Shown one piece after another: positions 25,160 through 32,743 of a DNA stretch of 38,662 nt. Numbering within the stretch: position 1 is the stretch's first letter; each line of letters opens with the position of its first letter. The position numbers and the translations under genes were made by a program. The notes below the pieces were generated by a model that was not told the origin of the DNA, searched no databases, and worked only from the letters and a program-made list of their open reading frames with translations. Origin of the DNA: Candidatus Limnocylindrales bacterium (GTDB taxonomy: Bacteria > Moduliflexota > Moduliflexia > Moduliflexales > JAUQPW01); contig DATMBG010000055.1 of assembly GCA_035559535.1 (NCBI GenBank), positions 1 through 38,662 on the forward strand. Direction: 5' to 3'.

Positions 25160-27799
25160 TTACTTTTCACCTTTTGTTTCGATGAGGGCAGCGACTTTAG
25201 CGGTTAACTCCTCTAATTTCTTTTTCATCTCTTTATTTTCATCTCTGAGGGATTCCAACTCCTTCTGGAATTCTACCTTGGGAGATTTTTCTCCGGCCTT
25301 CTCCTGAATGGCTTTAATGGCTTTCTGGGCTGCACGCCTGATCAAACTAAGGGGTTCGCTCTCGGCCAGCTTCTCCAGTTCTGGAATGGCTTTACGATCT
25401 CCCAGGGTAGCCAGAGCGTCAACAACCGCCCGACGTACTCGATGATGGGGATCTTTAAGGAGAGGTACCAGATGCTCTCGAATTATCTCCTTTTTATCTT
25501 CCAGGCTATCCCCTAATTTCCCCAGAGCTTTCGCAGCAGCCATTCGAACTTGATAAGGTTGGCCATAGGCCGTGTATTTCATTCCGACTTCGATTCCCCT
25601 GGGATCTTTGAGTTCTCCCAAGGCATTGAATACCGAGGAGCGAATAACCTCTGCCCAAGAATCCTGTTTTAATCCTTCCAGGATGAAGTCGTAAACTCCG
25701 GTCAATTTTGTTTTAGCGGCTGCTTCTAAGGTGCCACCTAGGGTAAAATAACTTTCATCTTTGGCAAAAACTTCCTTTAAAACGGCAATAACCGATTCCT
25801 TTTTGAAGTTTCCCAAAGCATCCACGACCCCCCTTCGAACTCGAGAGTCTGGATCTTTAAGGCCTTCCAGTAAGGCCGTTAAAGCTTCTTCGGTTCCGAT
25901 TTCACCCAAAGCTTTGGCGGCTGCACGTCGAACCCCGTAAAACTTATCTCCCAACAGGGTCTCTTTCAAAGAGGTCACCACCGCGGAATGACCTATAATC
26001 TTTCCTAATCCTTCACAGGCTTGGATCCTTCCGGCAATGGTCCTGGCGTGCTTAACCTGGTAAATCCATTCTTCCTTGGGTTTATCGAATTTAAGGGTTT
26101 TTAGAATCCAGTTACCGGGGTCAAAGAGTACCATAAGCGGTCTGGAATCGGCAGGAAAGAAAAAGGTCTGTTCGGCTTTTTCAACGGTTATTTTGTGGGT
26201 CCGGCTTCCTTCCCGGGTGGTGATTTCGATTTCGACAGGCATTCGGAAAATCGGAACCTGTTCGTCCGTTTTTTGAGTCTGTTTCACATTTAAAACGACC
26301 ATACCTCCTGCCTGAAGTCCGGTATCAGATGTCCGGTATCTGAGATCTTTCCCTTTTTCCGACTCTGGACTCTCTGAAGAAGGTTCCCAACTCCATTTGA
26401 CCTCGAATTCCGGATGGCCTGCTTTATAAAACCATTGCTTAAAAAACCATTCCAGGCTCATTCCGGTTGTCTCTTCAATCACCACTTTGAGATCGTTGGT
26501 TTCCACATTTTTTCCGGCGAATTTTCGTACATAAGCCGGAATTACCTTCCAGAATAGCTCATCGGAGAGAACATATCGAAGCATATGTAAAGCCCAGGCC
26601 GCTTTGTTATACGAATGTGCGTCGAACATATCTTCATGGTCTGTATACAGGTTCGTTACAATGGGCCGCTTGTACTTCTCGGTTTCCTTAAAATACCCTT
26701 CTGCTTCTTCCATCATCCGATAATGGAACTCATCCACACCCCACTTGTACTCATAGTAGAGGGGATCAAAATAAGAAGCAAATCCTTCATTTAACCACAG
26801 ATGCTCCCAGCTTTTAGTGGTCAGCAGATCCCCAAACCACTGATGGGCCAGTTCATGGGCCACCAGAGCATCACTCTTATAGTCCAGATGGGCCCGGGCG
26901 TCATGAAGGGTCGTATGGGTGAGAATCGTCAAGGTGGTATTTTCCATTCCTCCCCAGGTGAAATCATACACGGCCACCTGGGCATATTTGGCATAGGGAT
27001 AACGATAACCGGTCTTTTCCGAAAAAAACTTCATCATATCCGGGGTATTTTCAAAGGAACGCTGGATTTTATCCTCATCTCCCCGGGGAACATAGTAAAT
27101 AATAGGAATATCTTCATAATAATCGGTCTTTTCACTGAACTCTCCAACGGCAATATTTACCAGGTAGGTAGGATGGGGAAATTCATGGAACCAATGAAAC
27201 GTTTTGGTCTTTCGGATGGGATCATGGGTAACCTCCAGGAGTTTACCGTTAGACAGGCCAATATACTTGTCTTGAACCGTTAAAAGGACCTCTGAAGTAC
27301 ACCGGTCATTCGGAGCGTCATAACAGGGAAACCAGTGGCTGTTGTCCTGAGCTTCTCCCTGGGACCAGATTTGATAAGGCTTGTGGGGATAGGCTTCATC
27401 GGGTTGTACAAAGAAAAGACCCTTTTTGGGGAACCCTTCATAATCTATGGAAACGATTATCTTTTGTCCACTTTGATAAAATTGACCCAGGTCTATGCGG
27501 AGCTTGCCCTCGGACGCCGTAAACTCTAAAACTCTCCCCTCCTGATCGGTAACTTTTAGAATGGTTAAATCCACACTATCCAGTTCTACCCAACGAAAAT
27601 GGTCGTTTATGGGATAAAGAGTTAAAGTTACCCGTCCCATAACCTTCCTGGCCGGTTCGTCAAAGGAGAGTTCTAGCTTCAAATGCTCGGTATGAAAGGT
27701 TTTATCACGGGTATAATGCTCTCGGGAAAAGGCATCGGTAAAGGATTTACTATTCGGGATATCTTCAAAATAGAAACGTTCTTCGTTAATTTGATACAT
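25160..27799 (-). CDS. M1 family aminopeptidase with C-terminal HEAT repeats and coiled coil
   Basis: WSQGE, WFPCYD, GGMEN, HELAHQWFGD...WLNEGFASY; repeated VRRAAAKALG-type HEAT units. Confidence 0.93.
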   Translation of the reverse strand: MYQINEERFYFEDIPNSKSFTDAFSREHYTRDKTFHTEHLKLELSFDEPARKVMGRVTLTLYPINDHFRWVELDSVDLTILKVTDQEGRVLEFTASEGKLRIDLGQFYQSGQKIIVSIDYEGFPKKGLFFVQPDEAYPHKPYQIWSQGEAQDNSHWFPCYDAPNDRCTSEVLLTVQDKYIGLSNGKLLEVTHDPIRKTKTFHWFHEFPHPTYLVNIAVGEFSEKTDYYEDIPIIYYVPRGDEDKIQRSFENTPDMMKFFSEKTGYRYPYAKYAQVAVYDFTWGGMENTTLTILTHTTLHDARAHLDYKSDALVAHELAHQWFGDLLTTKSWEHLWLNEGFASYFDPLYYEYKWGVDEFHYRMMEEAEGYFKETEKYKRPIVTNLYTDHEDMFDAHSYNKAAWALHMLRYVLSDELFWKVIPAYVRKFAGKNVETNDLKVVIEETTGMSLEWFFKQWFYKAGHPEFEVKWSWEPSSESPESEKGKDLRYRTSDTGLQAGGMVVLNVKQTQKTDEQVPIFRMPVEIEITTREGSRTHKITVEKAEQTFFFPADSRPLMVLFDPGNWILKTLKFDKPKEEWIYQVKHARTIAGRIQACEGLGKIIGHSAVVTSLKETLLGDKFYGVRRAAAKALGEIGTEEALTALLEGLKDPDSRVRRGVVDALGNFKKESVIAVLKEVFAKDESYFTLGGTLEAAAKTKLTGVYDFILEGLKQDSWAEVIRSSVFNALGELKDPRGIEVGMKYTAYGQPYQVRMAAAKALGKLGDSLEDKKEIIREHLVPLLKDPHHRVRRAVVDALATLGDRKAIPELEKLAESEPLSLIRRAAQKAIKAIQEKAGEKSPKVEFQKELESLRDENKEMKKKLEELTAKVAALIETKGEK

Positions 27800-28292
27800 G
27801 TTTAAAACGCAACCTGTAAAACGTAACCCTTGCCTTACTTTATTATTTGATCTGTACGTTTTACCTTCTGCGTTGTAGTTCTTTAAGGATATAAGCTATT
27901 TATTCTCCTTAAACAAATAACAGTGGAACCCTCAGGCTTGTCAAGCACTTTGTATTCCTACCTATTTAACAGGTGAGGTCTAATACTCCCTGCTTCCCTC
28001 TAACTTTTAGGAATAGGGTTTTTTCTAACCTACCCTCCCTACCCCTCACAGACACCAGGATAAGCTGAAAAGCCCTGTCAGGAGTAAACAGTTGGTAGCC
28101 CCGACTTCCGTCAGGGGATTCCGTCATTCAGGATTTTCTTCAAGCTCCAAAGGAAGCTCCCCCCCCCTGACGTTAACCATTACCCACATTTTTTCATTTC
28201 AGGGGATTAATAACTGGTTTAGCTATCTTGCCGGTTGAGTAGTGAAATGTCTCGAATCCCCTTCGTGAGGGCAAGCTCCCTCTTTTTGCAAG

Positions 28293-28319
28293 GTGGGTCA
28301 ACCGGGACGGTTGACCTAC
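28293..28319 (-). repeat. GTAG-type REP palindrome within a cluster of REP-like elements (28070-28470)
   Basis: The minus strand reads GTAGGTCAACCG-TCC-CGGTTGACCCAC. Nearby are GTAGCCCCGACTTCCGTCAGGGG (28095-28117) and CCCCTGACG copies. Confidence 0.55.
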
Positions 28320-28602
28320 TAACCGTTTTGAACCCATCCTCCCAAATCGAAAAATGTGGGTAAAGATAAGCCCCTGACGTGGGAAGGGGGAACTCGGGGA
28401 TGACCTGGGTTTCCATTCTCTCTTTCCCTCACAGGGAGGGGAGGATCCGAGGGGTTAGAGGGGTATCCCTATTCGCTAGGATATTGGATAAAATTCGCGA
28501 GGGGTCTACTTTTCTTGTTGACTTTCTCTTTATAGGGGAACACATATTAGAAGTACGGCTCATGTGTCCGTTGTTCGGTACCTTAGTTCTGGAGGATGAT
28601 CC

Positions 28603-29271
28603 ATGAAAAATATTCAGACTTTTGTTTTTGATGCTTATGGAACCCTCTTCGACGTTCATTCCGTTGTAGAGGCTTGTAATAGAGCCTTTCCCGGGCGGGG
28701 TGAGGCCTTGAGTCAACTTTGGCGGGCCAAGCAATTGGAGTACACCTGGTTGAAAACATTAATGGGGCATTACGAGGATTTTTGGCAGGTAACAGAAGCT
28801 GCACTTACCTTTGCCTGCAAAACTCTCAATCTCCAGGCTCCCATCGACCCTCGTCCCTTACTTATGACCGCTTATCTTCGACTGGACCTTTATCCAGAAG
28901 TCTTAGAGGCCCTGACTTCCCTGGCTTCCTTTCCCCTCTCTATCCTTTCCAATGGCTCTCCTCGCATGCTTCAGGCTGTGGTTCAAAATGCAGGTTTAAA
29001 GGGAAGATTTGTACAAATTATCAGTGTAGAAGAGGTTAAAGCTTATAAACCAAGTCCCCGGGTTTATGAGCTGGCTCCTCAAAAATTAGGTATACCCAAG
29101 GAAGCCATCTGTTTTGTTTCTTCTAACTCTTTCGATGTTATCGGTGCGAAGGCTTTCGGATTTCAGGTATGTTGGGTCAATCGAACAAATGCTCCACTGG
29201 ATGAATTAGGATTCCTGCCGGATGCCCAGGTAAGCCGTTTGACCGAACTTAAACAGCTTGTTGAAGACTGA
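28603..29271 (+). CDS. Haloacid dehalogenase type II (HAD superfamily)
   Basis: FDAYGTLFD, WRAKQLEYTW, ILSNGS, YKPSPRVY and FVSSNSFDVIGA; SD GGAGG. Confidence 0.94.
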   Translation: MKNIQTFVFDAYGTLFDVHSVVEACNRAFPGRGEALSQLWRAKQLEYTWLKTLMGHYEDFWQVTEAALTFACKTLNLQAPIDPRPLLMTAYLRLDLYPEVLEALTSLASFPLSILSNGSPRMLQAVVQNAGLKGRFVQIISVEEVKAYKPSPRVYELAPQKLGIPKEAICFVSSNSFDVIGAKAFGFQVCWVNRTNAPLDELGFLPDAQVSRLTELKQLVED

Positions 29272-29376
29272 TCCCCGTAAATCCCCTTTCCTTCCTGGGA
29301 AGGGGGATAACTTTTCAGAGAAGCCGGCCTGGAATAAGAACAGCAGATTTTTCCAGATGCAGGGTAAGAAACAAAT

Positions 29377-29411
29377 AAAAAACCCGTCTTCTTAAAGAAA
29401 ACGGGTTTCTT
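29377..29411. terminator. Bidirectional terminator-like hairpin between convergent genes
   Basis: AAAAAACCCGTCTTCTTAAAGAAAACGGGTTTCT. Confidence 0.65.
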
Positions 29412-29443
29412 AAATTCCTCCCTAAAGTTTAAGGAAATAAATT

Positions 29444-29782
29444 TTATCTCTTTCCCACGGATCTTTTACTTGCTTTGATAGGATCTACAGGGCCAGAAGG
29501 TTGTTGAATTAAAGCTTTTTCTTTTTCCTTCTGTTCCTCAACCGCTTGAGCTACTTTTTTATCAAATAATCTGATATAATCTTGTCTAAGAGATTCAACG
29601 GCAGCTTTTTTACCCGTTGTAGGGGATTTCTCCGAAATAACTTTCGGATTGCCGTTCCCATTAGAGATAATCAAACTAAATTCTTTATATAAAGTTCCAT
29701 TTTCCCGAACATCTCGTTCGGTTAGCTCAAATCGGGTGTTTCCTACCTCTTTTTTTCTTAAAATCACGGTTTCCGTATCCAT
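29444..29782 (-). CDS. Hypothetical protein
   Basis: 112-aa ORF with strong SD AGGAGG and an upstream TTGACA-17-TAATTT promoter. Confidence 0.7.
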   Translation of the reverse strand: MDTETVILRKKEVGNTRFELTERDVRENGTLYKEFSLIISNGNGNPKVISEKSPTTGKKAAVESLRQDYIRLFDKKVAQAVEEQKEKEKALIQQPSGPVDPIKASKRSVGKR

Positions 29783-29919
29783 TTAAAGGCCTCCTATGAA
29801 GGTTTGGGCTGGTTTTACTTATAAAAGTTCATTCAGAGCAGCCCCTCCGATTGAACTGTTGCTTATCTTTACAAGCAACGGGTGTGTTTCTAAATTATCC
29901 GGAAATTTTCCAGTATTCA

Positions 29920-29948
29920 AAATTAATGCCTGTTTCTTAACCTGTCAA
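29920..29948 (-). promoter_or_regulatory. Candidate sigma70 promoter for 29444-29782
   Basis: Minus-strand TTGACA (29948-29943), 17 nt, TAATTT (29925-29920). Confidence 0.6.
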
Positions 29949-29997
29949 ATTTTTTTTAACCTTTGTATCCGTATCCATTTAGTTAGGTAGAAAAAGA

Positions 29998-30080
29998 AAC
30001 GCCCCCCATCCCCCCTCCAGGAGGGACTGACATAGGGTTGCTGCTGCTGAATCCCCCCTGGAGGGGGGATGGGGGGCGTT
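29998..30080. repeat. GC-rich long inverted repeat (REP-like)
   Basis: AACGCCCCCCATCCCCCCTCCAGG (29998-30021) is perfectly complementary to 30057-30080. Related CCCC..CCCT..AGGG elements occur near 7030-7158, 28425-28465, 29272-29308 and 37887-37928. Confidence 0.8.
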
Positions 30081-30319
30081 CAGACAGAAAAAGGGACATC
30101 TACTAAATTGTTACAGTTACTAATCTTTTGTTTTGACCCTTCCTATGATCCTACCACTTCAATCAAATTCTGGGAAGAACCATTTGATTGGATGTAGTTC
30201 TGGAAATTGTAGAGAGGACGGGAGAGGAAAATGATGAAAAGGGTGAAATTAACCTTGACAATTTTAAAAGAAAGCGGTTGACTATAAGTCAGGATATGAA
30301 ATTATAGGGGGTCTGTCCG

Positions 30320-30682
30320 TTGGTCCAAAGCGTACAAAGAAAAGAATTATTCTTCCTTCTTTTACTGTTATACCTGGGATTTCTAGGTTATGGGAATCTT
30401 TGCCTGTTTGATCATCCTCTAGACTTTTCCCACCCTGGGGAAATCTCGGATTTTCCTTCCTCCCATCGGCACCATGAATCCAAGGATTCAAGAAGTCTTG
30501 CCCACTCCTGTTTGGTAGTACAATTTCTCCTTTTAACCTCGATAGTTTCCGGCCTATTCCTTTTTATTTTTGCCCTACTTATTTCTCCCTGTAATTGGAT
30601 ACGAAATGAAAAAGTTTATCGAGCCCCTATTCTCTCCTACGCTAATCGATCCCCCCCTGGCTTCTTCAAACCTGCCTTTTAA
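30320..30682 (+). CDS. Small membrane/exported protein with His/Cys motifs and C-terminal RSPP (DUF2946/CutF/CruR-like candidate arrest peptide)
   Basis: TTG start with AGGGGG SD; hydrophobic N-terminus, GYGNLCLFDH, HRHH, HSC and RSPP at 30647-30658. Paralogous to 32166-32555. Confidence 0.7.
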   Translation: MVQSVQRKELFFLLLLLYLGFLGYGNLCLFDHPLDFSHPGEISDFPSSHRHHESKDSRSLAHSCLVVQFLLLTSIVSGLFLFIFALLISPCNWIRNEKVYRAPILSYANRSPPGFFKPAF

Positions 30683-30942
30683 ATATTCTTTACTTTACTT
30701 TGGCGGTTTTTGTTAAAGCCTTAAAATTTAACACGAAGATCAGAGAAATCAGAGGGAAGTAAGGGATTACTTCTTTTTAGAAAGACTTTTGTGTTCTTCT
30801 TGTTAAAGATTAAGGCTGTTTCTACAAAGGTAAAGAAGGCTAATTCTTGTGTAAAGACTCTTTCTGTCTACTTTCCTCAGGTTAGGGAACTAGGTTATAC
30901 AGGGGGCTATAATGCCCATTCTTCAAGGAGGTGTGTTACTCT

Positions 30943-31491
30943 ATGAAAGGGGTTTATCTTTCCAATCTACCTTTAAGTGCCAAGGTATTCTGTACTTTGT
31001 TCCTTTTGGGAATCGGTTTAGGATCTTTGGCTGCCTTTACCCAGGCAGCCACTGCTGTTGGCCTTTCTTATGAAGATGTAAAGAGTAGTTTGGCTCCGGA
31101 AATGCCCATGACGCATATGGGTCACGGACAGATGAGCATGGAAAAGGAGATCGATATCAGTCAAATCCGTAACACTGCCAAAGTCTGGATTCGGACTCCC
31201 CTCTTGATTCAGACAAGCCATACCCATCTCTTCGGTCAAACCCTTATTGCTGGACTGCTCGGACTCATCTTCCTTTTTTCTTCTATAGAGGAGTGGAAGA
31301 AAGCCTTGATTCTGGCCCTTCCCTTTATCGGAACCATCTTAGATATTGGCGGTATGTGGCTGACCCGGTTTGTCTGGCAACCCTTTGCCGTGCTGGTTTT
31401 GATGGGTGGAAGTATCTTTGCCCTGGGTTATGTAATGATTGCTGTCATTTCCCTTTATGAACTCTGGCTAAAAAGGGGAGCCCCTATATAA
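30943..31491 (+). CDS. Four-TM inner membrane protein with Met/His-rich loop and HxHLFG motif
   Basis: ATG 30943 follows SD AAGGAGG (the ORF track starts at GTG 30931). EMPMTHMGHGQMSME loop, TSHTHLFG and four hydrophobic segments. Confidence 0.8.
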   Translation: MKGVYLSNLPLSAKVFCTLFLLGIGLGSLAAFTQAATAVGLSYEDVKSSLAPEMPMTHMGHGQMSMEKEIDISQIRNTAKVWIRTPLLIQTSHTHLFGQTLIAGLLGLIFLFSSIEEWKKALILALPFIGTILDIGGMWLTRFVWQPFAVLVLMGGSIFALGYVMIAVISLYELWLKRGAPI

Positions 31492-31530
31492 ACCGTAGGT
31501 AAGTCGTGACAGGAAAGGAGGTCTTTAGGT

Positions 31531-32139
31531 ATGAAGAAAAAATATAAACAGGTTATGTTTCTAACCGGGTGTATGTTATGCTTTTCTTTTATAGTCCAGA
31601 CAGGAATCACCCTCGCTCATATTACCCCTCCGGTGGTTCTCATCTCTGATCGGGATGCCGTGCTGAGTATGACCGACGGGGCTAAAAAGTTCTTTGTTCG
31701 GGAAGTCAGGTTAAAACCTGAAGAACGGGAAGCCTTACGAAACCAACTGGGATGGCAGGCTGATGAAGAGTTTTATCGATTTTACCTGGGTCGGGATGAG
31801 CAGGGAAAAATGGTCGCCGCAGTGGCCTTTATGACCGAGTTTACCATCCATGGCCCGGTCCGGGTAGCCGTTGGATTAGGCCCCGATGGGAAAGTCAAGG
31901 GTGCAAAGGTCGTGGAAATGACCGAAGAAACCTATCCCTGGCTCAAGCCACTTCTGGATCAGGATTTCACTCAAAACTATATCGGATTGGATAGCCATGG
32001 AAACTTCACGGTTGCCGGGGCCGGTCAGGCCGGTGGACAGGAAAATATGACCCTCTTTTATGGTCAAATTGTTGCCAACCTTATCCAACGTGCTGCGGCT
32101 CTCTTCGATATTGCGGTCCTGAAGCGAGGGGATATCTGA
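31531..32139 (+). CDS. Exported FMN-binding-domain-like protein lacking the flavinylation motif
   Basis: SD AAGGAGG; signal peptide ending ITLA/HITPP. HGPVRVAVGLGPDGKVKGAKVV...FTQNYIG resembles the FMN_bind fold, but no [S/T]GA[S/T] is present. Confidence 0.65.
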   Translation: MKKKYKQVMFLTGCMLCFSFIVQTGITLAHITPPVVLISDRDAVLSMTDGAKKFFVREVRLKPEEREALRNQLGWQADEEFYRFYLGRDEQGKMVAAVAFMTEFTIHGPVRVAVGLGPDGKVKGAKVVEMTEETYPWLKPLLDQDFTQNYIGLDSHGNFTVAGAGQAGGQENMTLFYGQIVANLIQRAAALFDIAVLKRGDI

Positions 32140-32165
32140 TGGGAAGCTTTAAATAAAACCCTTTT

Positions 32166-32555
32166 TTGAATGAAATCCTTTCTTTTATGCAGAAGAAGTT
32201 GTTTTCCTGGGTAAAAATAGTCCTTCTGGCCTATTTAGTTTTCCTGGGCTATGGGACCTTCTGTTTAGTGGACCATGAATTAGACTTTAAACCGGGAATC
32301 TCTCTGACTTCTTCCAGGTTAGAACCTTCCCAACCTTCTCCGTCCAATTCGAGGGATCAACATCCAGAGTCTTCCCATCATATCTGTGTCTTTTTACTTA
32401 ACCTTATTTCAGGAAGCCTGACCTCTCAAGTAAATCTTTTAAGTAAAATCCAGGAATTCCCTCTGGATACTTTTATTCGAATCGAAAGCCTTCATCTATT
32501 TTTTGATCTCTCCTTTAAAAGTCGAGCTCCTCCTTTACTCCATAGCTATCGATAA
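32166..32555 (+). CDS. Small membrane/exported protein with His/Cys motifs and C-terminal RAPP (second paralog)
   Basis: Start at TTG 32166 or ATG 32187; LLAYLVFLGYGTFCLVDH, HHIC and RAPP at 32523-32534. Confidence 0.72.
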   Translation: MNEILSFMQKKLFSWVKIVLLAYLVFLGYGTFCLVDHELDFKPGISLTSSRLEPSQPSPSNSRDQHPESSHHICVFLLNLISGSLTSQVNLLSKIQEFPLDTFIRIESLHLFFDLSFKSRAPPLLHSYR

Positions 32556-32743
32556 GCCACAAGGTTGAGATTTCATGTGAGCTTGTTCATGGTTTTAAAC
32601 CTGTATTCCAGATTCCCTTTTTTACGTTTGAGATTGGGATAGAGGTTGAGGGTACTTGATCTGTGCTGTGCCTGTACCGATGGGTTCTTAAAACTCGATG
32701 TGTGCCTATTTCCAGGTTTAGCGGGTTATGACAACAACTAACC

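Noticed and set aside
3715-27529. Short antisense ORFs over HU, dcw genes, serA, der and the aminopeptidase (e.g. 3715-4005, 5363-5764, 19219-19542, 26801-27283)
   Set aside because: They fully overlap conserved genes on the opposite strand or another frame.
28219-28804. Small ORFs in the REP-rich intergenic region
   Set aside because: They are translations of palindromic repeats or overlaps with the HAD gene.
30870-30915. Cobalamin riboswitch (AGGGAACTAGGT)
   Set aside because: No following AAxTCC, no CxGxCCC and no B12 box.
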